In this document: piece by piece, positions 1 through 13,222 of the stretch | Layout of the letters: the number at the start of each line of letters is the position of its first letter | Numbering within the stretch: the stretch's first letter is position 1 | Source: Octopus vulgaris | Taxonomy: Eukaryota | Direction of reading: 5' to 3' | Assembly: GCA_951406725.2 (NCBI GenBank) | Contig: OX597826.1 | Location: forward strand, 10,230,001-10,294,000 | DNA: 64,000 nt | Position numbers and translations under genes: made by a program | Notes under the pieces: generated by a model | What the model was told of the DNA's origin: nothing | What the model saw: only the letters and a program-made list of their open reading frames with translations | Database searches by the model: none

Positions 1-714
1 TATAGTGACTTTGATTAGAATTGAACTAAGATACATTTTAAAACAAACTTTTATTCCTTGTCATGAATATTTTTATTAGAATATATTTAATTCTCTTTCT
101 TCCCCACCCATACCTCTTATCTATAAAAACCCAGTCTCTAGTATTTGTCATTTGTCAACTTGTAAAACCTGTTACCCTGAAGAAGGAGGAATTGCTAAAT
201 AATGGGTTTTATATCTCTTTATTTTTACTAGCAATTAACCTCTAGAAACAGCTGTTGGTACCATATTTTAACTATTCTGACTTGTAACTTCTTTCCTCCT
301 TGTATATTTTATTTTGCTTTCATTACCATTTCAGACTTCTTTCAATATATTTATGTATACATGTATGTTTTAATGTATTTAGGTCTGCATCTAGGGATTT
401 TTTAAAATCTATTATCTTACACACACATATATTTTTAATATATTTATTTACTTATAGATTTTTAAAAAATGTCTATGTATTTATATATTTTTAATGTATC
501 ATGCATACTTGTTCTTTAAATTCATCTGAATCATGTTTGTGTATTAAATTACCTGGTCTTGCATCTCTTCATATTGCATATTTTTATCTTTAGTCTCAAA
601 TTCCTCTTCAGCACTTCTAAGTGCAAACCTTAACTTTGTGAGAGAATTTCTATTTAATGATATTCTTTCTGAAAACAGTTATATGTATGCATGCATGTAT
701 GTATATATGTATGT

Positions 715-1480
715 CATTATTCAGTTTATTTCATGATTTCTTGCCAATAGAGAAAGAACTGGTTTCTAACCTAGACCCAAGGTTCCATCACTAGAATTTC
801 ACCATCAACAACAGGGTATTTTCGTTTGTATGTATGTATGTGCAGATTTGTTTGTTTTATGTACACTTGCGTCAGAAATTAATTAGCACTTCTCAAATTT
901 CTACATTAAATAGGTTAAATCAATTAACCTATGAGCTTAGTATGGTGTGATTTCGGTCCTTGTGAGGCGCTACCTATATCTATTAAACAAAGGAAGATTT
1001 GTCTGCATCCGCACTCCAAGTTGTTGTTGCACTGCTATGTCAACATCATAAGGCCGTAGACTCTCAAACTGCTCTGCAAACAAAGTTACGTCATCGTTCT
1101 GCGCAACAGTGAACTCGCAACAAAGCAATAGTTCGAGATATGGCCACTAGGTGACAGCACATACCTTGAGTGAAGAGCAAATCAAGGGTGCTAATTAATT
1201 TCTGACGGTAGTGTATGTATTCTCATGCATATAGTTACATATCTAGACATGTTTATATATATTTAAATGATAAACTTCTGGAAAGTTTTACAGATTTTTA
1301 CAGTTCCAGTGATGGATTGAATCTGTAGTTTTCAAATTTGCTTTCTCCTTTCTGGTTTTGAGAAGCCTAATTTCTCTAGATTGGTATTTAGGCAGTGTGT
1401 TACATATCCCAGGGCCCCAATAATTACAGGTATAAACCTGAACTTGTAATCTGGATAGAGTAACTGCAGATTTCTCAATA
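715..1480 (-). mobile_element. 3' fragment of an R4/Dong-type (restriction-like endonuclease) non-LTR retrotransposon, interrupted by a MITE
   Basis: Minus-strand translation 1479-1263 gives LRNLQLLYPDYKFRFIPVIIGALGYVTHCLNTNLEKLGF...LQIQSITGTVKICKTFQKFII* with one internal stop. This is the typical RLE-domain C-terminus (PVxIGALG...Q...GT). The 3' UTR contains GGCAAGAAAT, as does the copy at 41.9-42.2 kb. Confidence 0.75.
864..1213. mobile_element. Tc1/mariner-type MITE, copy 1
   Basis: 26-bp TIR CACTTGCGTCAGAAATTAATTAGCAC / GTGCTAATTAATTTCTGACGGTAGTG, TA on both flanks, near-identical second copy at 50114-50493. Confidence 0.9.
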
Positions 1481-1737
1481 GTTACATTTGGGTGTTACAT
1501 TAAAATGATGGTGATTTTATGTATTTATGTGTGTGTGTGTGTGTGTGTGTGTCAAAGACATTCCAGCCTGGTAAAAATCCCTGCCCTTAATTTAGTGTGG
1601 ATGGGTAATATCAAATATTTCAATCACAACATATATTTAAATTAAACATGAAAAAAATTGAAATATTATCATGACTTGCATGGAAAAATTGAAATATCAT
1701 CTTTCAGTATTTTATAAGATAAAATCTTAAATTATTA

Positions 1738-2328
1738 ATTGACACATTATTAATTATCTTATAACAGCAATGCCTGGAAAAATCATGGATTACATGGAAA
1801 AATGCGAGCATGAAAAGTAATATTCTTAAGATTATAAACCTGGAAAAGTACAGGGCAAGTTATTACACCTGTAAAAGTATAGGACAAGCTATTATTTCTA
1901 GTAAAGTAAAGAATAAGAAACTTTTTACTTAAAATATTGCAGCTAAAATAAAAATTTGAATATTGAAAATTATTTTATTATAGTTTACAAATAACACTAT
2001 AAACTTATTTAAGAGGAATTTGGCTAATTTACTACCATAAATACAGAAAAAAGTGACTAATTAGACAAACTTATGAATTAGTTGAACAGTTTTGTACAAT
2101 AAATTTAGAAAACGAGAACTGTAAAGAGTGATAAATTAGAAGAACTGGCATTCTTTGCTGCAATATTTTAAGTAAAAAGTTTCTTATTTTTTACTTTACT
2201 AGAAGTGATAGCTTGTCCTATTACAGTTGTAATATTGTCCTATTACAGGTGTAATAACTTGTCTTGTACTTTTCCAGGTTTATAATCTTAAGAATATTAC
2301 TTTTCATGCTTGCATTTTTCTGTGTAAT
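1738..2328. mobile_element. Long-inverted-repeat (foldback/MITE-like) element, copy 1
   Basis: Arms ~1789-1945 and ~2156-2328 are reverse complements. A homologous element lies at 26046-26940. Confidence 0.7.
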
Positions 2329-4629
2329 AGAATATATTGGTCATATTGTCATCCTCATCATCATTCTAACATCAACTTCAGCATGCTTACATGGGTCAGA
2401 TGAAGTTTATTGAAGTAGATTTTCTATGGCCAGATGCTCTTCCTACTGCCAGCCTTTACCTGTTTCCTAGCAACGTAATATTTCTCCATGCACTGACATA
2501 TTTTTCGGAACTGAATTACACTGTATGTATAACAAGGAGATATAAATATATACACATGCTCCCTCTCTCTCTCTCTCACTCACACACACACATAATTTAA
2601 AGATATCGGAAGTAGAGCAACATGATTGAAGGTAGTGTACAGTTATTGTATATGTGTATAAATTATCAATTACAAGTAGCAGGTGTAGGTTTGACATAAG
2701 AATAATAGAAATACAAAAGATGTGTATTGCATTAAAGATTGTGTGTTTGTGTTGGTAAAAATGATGTTTAAAATGCCTAAGATAATATTGATTATTAATA
2801 ATAGCTGATAGATAATACAAGAAGATTCATGATCCCTAAAAAGTCTGAAATTTGAGATGTGACTTAATTAAAAAGACAACATACATTGTTGTTGCAAAAC
2901 AAAAACAAAAACCAAAGTGGCATCATACCATTAATAATTCATCTATTTTGGTATAAAATCAACATAGAATTTTTGTATTGTTTTACAATATATAATTACA
3001 GTTACACGAATATACAAATAATAAAAAAAGAAATGTGAGGTTAATGAGAGTAAATCTTAAAAGTATACAACAAGTATGGTAAGAAATCGTCACCATCATC
3101 ATCATTGTTTTAACACTTATCTTCCCATACTTGCATGAGTCAGATGGGATTCTTTGAGGCAAATTTTCTACAGCTGGATACCTTCCCTATCACCAACCCT
3201 CACCTGTTTCTCAGCAAGGCATTATCTTACCCATGGATATACATTTTTTTCACCAAAGATTGGACACAAGGGACATTACTTCTATGATGGTGTTACTTGT
3301 TAATATCTTCTGTATACTATCAAGACAAGACACTAACACTCACACACATGCATACACATATACACACATACATATAAATACATGATAAGCTTCTTTCAGC
3401 TTCCACCAGCCAAATCTATTAACACGTTAGATTATCCTATTGTGCATCTAATTGTTCAAACAGTTGAATTACATACTCATTGAATTAGCATGTAAAATAT
3501 GTGTACCCTTAAAGTAGTTCTCAAGTAGAATCGGCTTGATACAGTGCAACAAGGCTGGGTTTTTGAATTACAGGTATGAATCAATTGACAGGCTTCTATA
3601 CAGTTTCCATCTGTCCACTCTGTCCAAATTCACTCACAGAGCTTGGGTCAACCTAAGACTAAAGTAAAGATTCCTAAGTTGCCCATGTTGTGGGATGGAA
3701 CCCAAGACCACTTGCTTGCAACTGTACAATAATATTTAACACATTCATGTGCACTTGAATGTGGGAAGACCTTTTCTGTGGAGGTAGTCTCAGGAGAAAT
3801 ATCTCATCTTAGACAAAATGTGTGAAAATACATTAGGCTCTGAATGACATTATCAGATTATGGGATGCATGCATTTCTGTGTCATCAGACACAAATACTG
3901 AATTTGTCATACACAACCATATCAGAGCAATAGTTCTGCTTACAAGAATAGCAAATAATGAATTTTTTGGCATGTATAAAGCTTGGTCAAGCTGGAATTA
4001 ATTAAAGAATAAAAAGGAATAAATCTACTTAAAGGACTGGAATAACTTGAATGATTTTTAAAAAATTTATTTCTCTAAAGATGATCTTAGCTTAGAAACC
4101 TCATTGTGAGCTGAAAGTGTTAAAGAGTTTGTAAAAGTACAAGACCTTACCAAAAATAGTGAAATAAACTAAATTAGTGTCTTACAATAAGTTTTTTTAA
4201 AATGTTGTATTATAAAAAACGAATGGCATTCAATTGCAATCTGAAAAATGATAAAAAATTTGTATAATTATCGGAAGTTATTAAATTGATAAAGTAAACT
4301 AAATTAGTATTTTACAAATATTCCAAACCATTTTTATAATAAAAACTAAAAGAGGAAAGCTCAATTTAGTAACATGATGATGATGATGATGATGATGAAA
4401 AACTATATAAATATGTATGCTAAATAGATTGTGTAGAAATTGCAGAGATGAAAATAAAAGGTAATAATATTTTCTGAAAAGTACTATAAGTCATCACTGT
4501 ATATTGGTCAGAACATTTTAAGCATTTAGAGTAAAGTTTGAAGGAAAAGTACATAGCTTTTAAGTTCCGGCAGGACAAGTGAGGCCATAACCCGTGGCCT
4601 CTACCTTTCCTTCTTGGAACACAAAACTC

Positions 4630-5023
4630 TGCTTCTGAAGACCTGTTGAGGCAAGTGATATCGGAATCGAAATCGCTCAAAAATCAATGGAAATTATAGT
4701 TATGAGACCAGTGCCAGTGGCACATAAAAGAACCATCCAAACATGGCCATTGCCAGCGCTGCCCTAACTGTCCTCCGTGCCGGTGGCACGTAAAAAGCAC
4801 CAACCGATCGTGGCCGTTGCCAGCCTCGCCTGGCACACACGTAAAAAGCACCCACTACACTCATGGAGTGGTTGGCATTAGGAAGGGTATCCAGCCGTAG
4901 AAACACTGCCAGATCAGACTGGGCCTGGTGCAGCCTCCTGGCTTCCCAGACCCCAGTTGAACCGTTCAACCCATGCTAGCATGGAAAGCGGACATTAAAC
5001 GATGATGATGATGATGATGATGA
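4630..5023 (+). mobile_element. RTE-LINE-derived 3' UTR fragment with (GAT)n tail
   Basis: Ends ...CCAACCCATGCTAGCATGGAAAGCGGACATTAAACGATGATGA-like, the same terminus as the RTE ORF-bearing copy at 11720-12258. Confidence 0.8.
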
Positions 5024-5086
5024 TTGTAGGTTCTAAAACTTTAATGTTTTCAGATCAAATTGGATGTTGGTAAACTGTTTGTTTAA

Positions 5087-5319
5087 CCCTTTAACATTCA
5101 GGTTACTCTGTCAAATGTAATTCTTATTTATTGACATTGTTTTGAATTAATCATGCATTGTCTTGTAGTTTCATGATTTTGATGATCTGATTGTTTATGT
5201 TTAGAATGAATGACATTGTAGGGTAGGTATGAGAGGCTGGATCTGGTCAGTTTGAATATAAAAGGTATAAAACAAGTAGAGTATTTGGGCCGGATGTGGC
5301 TGGTTCAAATGCCAGAGGG
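5087..5319. mobile_element. piggyBac-like MITE
   Basis: TTAA-CCCTTTAACATT ... AATGCCAGAGGG-TTGA termini. Further copies at 19462-19665 and a partial one at 56604-56725. Confidence 0.7.
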
Positions 5320-5562
5320 TTGAGTAATTTGTAAAAAATGAAACCAAAAATTATTGAATTCATACAAGTTATTTTTGGATGAAATATTTGACTAAAATGA
5401 AAATAATATCTGATGAAAATTGTGCACGGAATTATGTTGGGCTGAATTTTTCTATGGCCAGAAGCTCTTCTTGTCACCAAATACTCACCTGTTTCCAAGG
5501 AAAGTAATATTTCCTCACAACCAGATATGCTTACACTGAAGATTGGGAATGGACAATGCATA

Positions 5563-6058
5563 TATAATGGAAGGCAAGGTTTACGATATCGGGAGAATAT
5601 TGTCTTTTTCCATTATCTCTTATTGTTCTTCGTGTAGTTCAGGCTTCTGCAGGTGAAGAGAGAAGACTTCAAGTACAAATGCAATTTACAACTGGTTTAT
5701 TTTCAGGTTTCACAGGATAGGTGAAGGTTGCTGCTCTCAGCAAACATCTTTAGCTGTGTGCGTTGTGTAGTAGCTCCAATAGTGCGGGTGCATTGCCTCT
5801 GGAGGTACAACATACAGACAGGCCCAGCCAATGGAGTGCGATCAGCAAGCGCTGCTGCTAAGAGGTGGAAAAGAGAGGAGGCAAAAAGAGAAAGTATCTC
5901 AATCTGTTTTGCCCTTATATACAGTTTGCCATTGCGAGCCTCGTTGTGATCTCACACATGGTAAATGGATGCAGGTGAGGTCTCGCTCCAGTCTTGGAGA
6001 TGGCAAAGGCTGCTGCAAGATCTCATCCAATATGGCGCTGACTGCTTGTGCCGCTACA
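5563..6058 (-). mobile_element. Probable solo LTR
   Basis: GC-richer block interrupting an older repeat, flanked by CATA/CATA. The minus strand starts TGTAG, with TATATAA (~5915-5921) followed by AATAAA (~5696-5701). The far terminus reads TA rather than CA. Confidence 0.55.
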
Positions 6059-6753
6059 CATACATGATTGTGACACCTGTTTACAATTAAATCAAGACAA
6101 GGAAATAGTAATGTATGCTTACAGCAATATATATATATATATATATAAACAGCAAAATGTCTGTGTATCTGTGTCTGTGTGTCCTTTATACAAATCCAGT
6201 TTTTCACGTAAAAGGCTCGCATTTTCTATGGGCTTTCAAAACTGTCTGAGGGTGGTCGTGAAGATGTTTTTATTTTCCCAGTCACCCCAGAAAGCCATTA
6301 TAAAAAATTGATAAACCGACCCCTTATGCCCATCAGTTATGTGTACAGCTAGATATGCCAATAGACTGCCAGCTGTTTTTTGATTGGACGGAAATAATTT
6401 TACCCTTGACAGTTGAATGCGCATGAGCATTTGCAGACAGTCTGTATGACTCAGTGCATTTTTGTGTTTCTGTGTACCAGCAGAATGGACTTTGATAAGC
6501 CCACTCTGTTTCAAATATTTGAACCTGTTTTCTGATGTGAAGAAACCTTCCTACCAGTTATGGAAACCTTTAAAAGAGGTTTATGGGTGCTGCTGCTGCT
6601 CCGTGTTTGACTATGCTATTATGAAGGAAGAATTAATATTGAAATTATTTTGGAAATTGTGTATTTTTATTGTATCTTGGGAAGGTCATTATGCCAATAA
6701 TAAATACATGCACTGGTTTCATTTTACTTCTTTTATTATTATTAATCAATTTA

Positions 6754-6965
6754 AGGTGGTGAGCTGGCAGAATCATTAGCACAGTAGATAAAAGATTAGT
6801 GGTATTTTGTCTGCCTGACGTTCTGAGTTCAAATTCCACTGAGTTTGACTTTGCCTTTCATCTTTTTGGAATTGGTAAAATAAGCACCAGTTGAGCACTG
6901 GGGTGAATGTAATCAACAAGCCCCTTCAACCCCAAATTTCTGGTCTTATACCTATAGCAGAAAGA
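6754..6965 (+). mobile_element. SINE family B (diverged)
   Basis: GAGCTGGCAGAA...GAGTTCAAATTCC...GACTTTGCCTTTCATC, shared with the copies at 16955, 41231 and 51146. Confidence 0.75.
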
Positions 6966-7221
6966 TTTATTGTTAGTCAATTAGCCATTTAACCAATTAG
7001 CTAATCAGTTGTTTGATTGTTTAGTCAATCAATTAATCAGCTTGGGTTATCAAAGTCATGTCATCACTATTAAGAAACTCATCAACAATGTCATACTCTC
7101 TCTTATCAAGTTTTGCTTTGGGTTTAACCCTCCTGGGATACAACAAAATCAGTTTCAGCACATGAGCTCATATGAAGAATCATGCAAGCTAAATACAGAA
7201 ATAAAACATATTTTATATCAT

Positions 7222-7915
7222 TTCATCATCATCATCATCGTTTAACATGTTTTCTGTGCTAGCACGGGTTGAACGGTTTGACCGGGATCTGGGAAGCCAG
7301 GAGGCTGTACCAGGCTCCAGACTGATCTGGCAGTGTTTCTACAGCTAGATACCCTTCCTAATGCCAACCACTCCACAGAGTGTACTGAGTGTTTTTTTTA
7401 TGTGGCATCAACACAAATATGTGTGTATACATACATACATACACACACACACACATATATGTATATGTATAATCATCATCATCATCATCATCATCATCAT
7501 TTAACGTCCGTTTTCCATGCTAGCATGGGTTGGACGGTTCAACTGGGGTATGGGAAGCCAGGAGGCTGCACCAGGCTCCAGTCTGATCTGGCAGTGTTTC
7601 TACAGCTGGATGCCCTTCCTAACGCCAACCACTCCGTGAGTGTAGTGGGTGCTTTTTACGTGCCACCAGCACAGGTGCTAGGGGAGGCTGGCAGCAGCCA
7701 CAATCAGTTGGTGCTTTTTACGTGTCACCGGTACAGAAGCCAGTCAAGGCGGCGCTGGCATCGGCCACGTTTGGATGGTGCTTTTTACGTGCCACTGGCA
7801 CTGGTATCACAACTACAATTTCCATTTGATATTTAATTTGATGTTGATGTACTTGACTCAATAGGTTTCCTCAAGCACAGCAGGTCACCCTACGATGCAA
7901 GGTAAGCACAGCAGG
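7222..7915 (-). mobile_element. Two adjacent RTE-LINE 3' UTR fragments
   Basis: Each begins (CAT)n-TTTAAC on the + strand (7222, 7473) and carries the CTACAGCT-GAT-CCCTTCCTAA core. Confidence 0.8.
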
Positions 7916-8429
7916 TCGTTTGTTTTATATTATTTACTTTCAGGTGTTTTAACCCCCAACATTATAAGGGAGCTGTCCCCCAAGCACTGTCCCGCAGTGA
8001 ATCTGATGAATGAATGAAGCACAAGCACTAAGTATGTGTGATTGATAGTGTTTACATCACAAACACTGCTTTTAATTCCTTACTGAATTTTATCTTACAT
8101 GTGCATTGTCATAGTACATCATCAAATAGTTTTTACACTATTTAAGCTGGCAATTCGATTTGTCTCTGGTTCAATTCAGGTATGTGATGTTAATAAGCCA
8201 CAAAAATTCATCGCACCTGAATTCAATCCAAGGCAGGTTGTCTTACCTGTCTATGACTTTCTGCTGTTTTAACTCCAGTGAGTCTGGTGAACAAAAAAAC
8301 ACTTACATTGAGTATGTGCAGTCAATATTAATTACATTTATATAATCAAGATTCGTTACTTCTCACAATTTTAAGTTTATTATTTTGTTTGTTTATTATG
8401 TATATCAAAATTTTGTTTGTTTATTATGT

Positions 8430-8746
8430 ATATCAAAATCAAAATCGAAATTGATCAACATCAATGGAAATTGTAGCTGTGATACCAGTGCCGGTGGCAC
8501 GTGAGAGAACCATCCGAACATGGCCGTTGCCAGCGCCGCCCTGACTGGCTTCCGTGCCAGTGGCATGTAAAAAGCACCCACTACACTCACGGAGTGGTTG
8601 GCGTTAGGAAGGGCATCCAGCCGTAGAAATATTGCCAGATCAGACTGGGCCTGGTGCAGCCTTCTGGCTTCCCAGACCCCAGTTGAACCATCCAACCCAT
8701 GCTAGCTTGGAAAACGGACGCTAAACGATGATGATGATGATGATGA
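8430..8746 (+). mobile_element. RTE-LINE 3' UTR fragment
   Basis: Same family, (GAT)n tail. A 28-bp tandem duplication lies at its 5' junction (8383-8438). Confidence 0.8.
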
Positions 8747-9447
8747 TATATTTTGTAATGGTATAATTCTTAGAATGAGCCAGTGAGGAAACCTATATGG
8801 GTTGGTCAATCTGCTAGAAATAACAACCAAATATCTATCAAACCACTCTCTCATCATTGTTGTTATCATTATTGGTGTCAGTGTTGTTGTTGTTGCTGTT
8901 GGCATTGCTACTTTTACCATGCTGACATAGATTGGACAACTGTTCTTGAAGCAACAATCTCAGGTCAGATGCACTTCTTTGTGCCAACTTTTATTTTAAA
9001 AAAAATTTTTTTTTTTTTTTTGTAAATGTAAGCTAATCCATTCAATGTCTTCACATCTCAAGCTTCTGAGCTGCTGGACATTTTGTTCATGTGGCAGATA
9101 AGCAACATCACCTCCAATAAAGAGCTTTCAATGCAAAGACACACAGAGACAAATACATATGCATGTATATGTATACACACACACATGTGCATATTTACAC
9201 ACTCACTCACATTTATACATATGTATAATTAGCTTCTGTAGTTTTCGTGTAGTCACAGCAGAAAACACTTGTCCAGAGTGCATCACTGAGATTGAACTTG
9301 AAACCATGTGGTTGTGAAACAAACTGCTGGACCACAAAGCCTGCTTATATCCTAAAAAATGTATCATCTTAAAAACGAAGCACTTGTAATACACACTAGG
9401 TCTTACAAAAATACTGTATTTGATAGCATAATCACTTGCATATTAAA

Positions 9448-9945
9448 AATATATGCACCCTTTAAAGCCTAGCCAGGCTCATGGGCCCAGTTTCTCGGTT
9501 TCTATGGCATATGTGTTCCCCAGCTGGATGGGATGCCAGTCCATTGCAGCGTTACTCATTTTTGCCAGCTGAGTGGACTGGAGCAACATGAAGTGTTTTG
9601 CTCAAAAACACAACATGTCACCCGGTCCAGGAATTGAAACCACAATCTTGCGATCATGATGCTGACACCCTAACCACTAAACCACGTGCCTCCACAAAAT
9701 AAATGCGCCCTTTTAAAGCCTAGCCAGGCTCATGGGCCCAGTTTCTTGGTTTCTATGGCGTATGTGTTCCCCAGATGGACGGGATGCCAGTCCATCGCAG
9801 CGTTACTCATTTTTGCCAGCTGAGTGGACTGGAGCAACGTGAAGTGTTTTGCTCAAGAACACAACATGTCACCCGGTCCAGGAATCGAAACCACAATCTT
9901 GCGATCATGATGCTGACACCCTAACCACTAAGTCATGCGCCTCCA
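9448..9945 (-). mobile_element. Head-to-tail dimer of tRNA-derived SINE family D (V-domain-like)
   Basis: Two ~250-bp units with A/B-box-like heads (TAGTGGTTAGG; GTTTCGATTCC) and a GCGATGGACTGGCATCCCGTCCA segment. One 15-bp TSD (CACTT[G/A]CATATTAAA) surrounds the whole dimer. Confidence 0.85.
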
Positions 9946-10743
9946 CACTTACATATTAAACACTCCCTAATTTCAGAATTACATTTAAAGGGAAAATGTT
10001 TTCAGTGCCATGAAGCTTATAGGAGACCCAACTTTGCATACAAGACCTGGGGTGATTCTTTTGAGAGATTTATTTTGGAAAAAAGTGTGTCTTTTACACC
10101 ATCAAATATAGTAGATATATACAAATGTGGCACAGCACTAGCTGTAATACTTTGTTTCAGACAGGATGGTCACGACTAGGACACCTTTGATCATGAGTCT
10201 ATTTGATCCGAGTTGACTTAGGACAAAACAACAACAACAACAATTCCTAGGATTGGAGGTATTCTTTTAATTACTAATATATATGTAACATTTTAATCGA
10301 TATTGTCTTCTTCAAATCTCAGTTCTAAATAACCTACCTTACTAAAATTTATACCTCGTTAATATAATATTAAATATTGTAAAAACTAATGTAAGAAATA
10401 ATGATTTTTTTTTTTTTATGTGAGAAATCAATATTATAATATTAAATGAGGCAAACATAAAAAAAATTACAGACATAAAAAAAAAATTGTTTCTAGCACT
10501 CTAGATATTAATAATCTATATCAATCATTCTTTAATAAATTTCTTTTTTTCCTCATGGGAAAATTGTTCCTCATACATATATTAGCTACCTGTACATTAA
10601 ATCAAAATTTTATAAAACTATATTATGTGTGTGTGTGTGTGTGTGTGTATGTGTGTGTGTATGTGTGTGTGTGTGTATGCTATAAAACAAGCATACATTT
10701 TATTTATATAAATTTTATAAAACAAACATGTGCAGCCAGGCGT

Positions 10744-11138
10744 AGGCATGGCTATGTGGTTGAAAATGCTACTTTGCAACCATCTGGTTTTAGGTTCAGT
10801 CCCATAGAGTGGCACCTTGGGCTAGTGACTTCTGCTGTAATCCCAGGCCAACTAATGCCTTGTGAATGAATTTGATAGATGAAAACTGTGTGGGAACTGG
10901 TTATATATGTGTGTGTGTATGCATATACGTGTATGTGTACGTGTTTTTGTGTCTGTGTTTATCCTTCACCACTGCTTGACAACTGGTGTTGGTTTGTTTA
11001 TGTCCCCATGACTTATCATTTTGGCAAAAGAGTACCAAACTTAGAAATAAGCTCTGGATTTGATTTGTACAGCTAAAACGTTTTCAAGGTGGTGCTCCAG
11101 TATGGTCGTAGTCAATTGACTGAAACTAATAAAAGAAG
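10744..11138 (+). mobile_element. SINE family A (diverged)
   Basis: tRNA-like head, GGCACCTTGGGC core, internal (TG)n, GGTGCTCCAG...GACTGAAAC tail. Confidence 0.75.
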
Positions 11139-11719
11139 ATACATGTGTGTATGCTTTGCCTGTATGTGCACGTATTTATGTGTGTGTGTACACACTTGTG
11201 TTTACTAAGTGAGGCTGAATCTTCAAGAAGTTCTTCCTGCAATCAAGAAGTCATTGGTTCAATCTCACTGTTTTTTGGTTGAAGCTGATTCTTATGGACG
11301 GTTGCTGTTTCACCCCATATCAAGCTTCATCATAGCAGATCTATGAGCAGAAGCATTCCAGCTTTGACACTATTCTGTTTCTTTTTTTTGCTTTGTTTTT
11401 TTTAAAATTTTAAATATTTATGACCACTTTGTCCTGTGTAACCTTCCTTGTTTTCATTATCACAGCTGCTGGTAGTGATGGAGGAGCAGTCTACTTCAGG
11501 CAGCCCTTTTGGGTCTGTTGTATATAGCCTGTGTAGACTGTATTTTTTTTTTTTTTTTGTGAGGGCCCAAAGTAGCTGAGAGTAAACTTAAGGGCAGTCC
11601 TGGGCAGCACACATACTGGCTACACTACACCTCTTGCTTTAAAATGAAAAGCTGGGATTTGAAGGACTTCGACAACTATTTCTAGCAAGTGAAGCACTCC
11701 TCATATAAGGGAGCATAGA

Positions 11720-12258
11720 ATCGTTGTTTAATGTCCGCTTTCCATGTGGGCATGGGTTGGATGGTTTGACTGAGGGCTGGCAAACCAGAAGGCTGCACAA
11801 GGTTCCAATCCGATCTAGCAAAGTTTCTACTGCCAAGTGAAATTGTAACTATGGCCTATGCCAGTGATTGCCCAATGATTGAAGGGTACTCTTAAATGGG
11901 CCAGTTATGCTGCACTGGCATAGGCCACAGTTACAATTTCACTTGGCTTACCAGGTCTTCTCAAGCACAGCATTTCTCCAAAGGTCTTGGTCACTTGTCA
12001 TTGACTTAGTGAGGCTCAACATTCAAAGGTTGTGCTTCACCACCTCATCCCATGTATTCCTGGGTCTACCTCTTTCACAGGTTTCCTCTACTGCTAGAGT
12101 GTGACACTTTTTCACACAGTTGTCCTCATCCATACACAACACATGACCATACCAGCGCAGTTGTCTCTCTTGCACACCACATCTGATGCTTCTTAAATCC
12201 AACTTTTCTCTCAGGGCATTTACACTCTGTCGTGTATACACACTGACATTACACATCC
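11720..12258 (-). mobile_element. 5'-truncated RTE-clade LINE (ORF C-terminus plus 3' UTR)
   Basis: ORF 12023-12319(-) contains QLRWYGHVLCM...RGRPRNTWDEVVK, the RTE/BovB C-terminal signature. Confidence 0.85.
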
Positions 12259-12270
12259 TATATATATATA

Positions 12271-12643
12271 TTCTTTTATTTGTTTCAGTTATTTGACTGC
12301 AGCCATGCTGGAGCACCACCTGTTAGTCGAGCAAATCGACGCCAGGACTTATTCTTTGTAAGCCTAGTACTTATTCTATCGGTCTCTTTTTGCCGAATCG
12401 CTAAGTTACGGGGACGTAAACACACCAGCATCGATGTCAAGCAATGTTGGGGGTGACAAACACAGACACACACACATATATGACAGGCTTCTTTCAGTTT
12501 CCGTTTACCAAATCTACTCACAAAGCTTTGGTCAGCCCGAGGCTATAGTAGAAGACACTTGCCCAAGGTACTATGCAGTGGGACTGAACCCGGAACCATG
12601 GGGTTGGTAAGCAAGCTACTTACCACACAGCCACTCCTGCGCC
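12271..12643 (-). mobile_element. SINE family A, full length (tRNA head, CORE-like centre, CR1-like tail)
   Basis: The minus strand begins GGCGCAGGAGTGGCTGTGTGGTAAG, has GGTTCAGTCCC (B-box-like) and ACCTTGGGCAAGT, and ends GCTGCAGTCAAATAACTGAAAC. Confidence 0.9.
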
Positions 12644-12663
12644 TATAAACATAGTATGTATGT

Positions 12664-12711
<48 letters not shown>

Positions 12712-12829
12712 ATATATGTGTAAATAAATAGACATAATATAATGTCTAAAAGTTGCTGAACACCACCTCTTGATCCCTCCATTTTCTTATTGCCGTATAT
12801 ATATATATATATATATAAACATATATATA

Positions 12830-12956
12830 TAAACTCATGGCTTAACTTCATTTCACATATATTTGTGTTTGCGGTGTGTAATGTATTGACTATATATATA
12901 TATATATATAAGTTTATTTTATCGCAATTTGACTTGTTATATATATATATATATAC

Positions 12957-13021
<65 letters not shown>

Positions 13022-13095
13022 TATACATACATACATACATATATACATATATACATACATACATACATACATACATACATACATACATACATACA

Positions 13096-13131
<36 letters not shown>

Positions 13132-13222
13132 CTCACTATATTTGTGTATGTGGTGCATAATGTTTATACATTATACACTGCAAACACAAATATATGTGAA
13201 ATGAAGTTAAGCCATGAGTTTA
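12830..13222. repeat. Inverted repeat (~55-bp arms) around a (TA)n/(CATA)n spacer
   Basis: AAACTCATGGCTTAACTTCATTTCACATATATTTGTGTTTGC at 12831 and its reverse complement ending at 13221. Confidence 0.85.

Noticed and set aside
5728-6067. Short ORFs in the GC-richer block as a host exon
   Set aside because: No recognisable protein motif. It is better explained as a solo LTR with CATA flanks.
6462-6779. Cys-rich ORF (GCCCCSVFDY) as the first exon of CYB5RL
   Set aside because: It only superficially resembles the CCGxGCxPCVFD motif. The Cys run comes from a (TGC)n repeat and the splice context is unconvincing.
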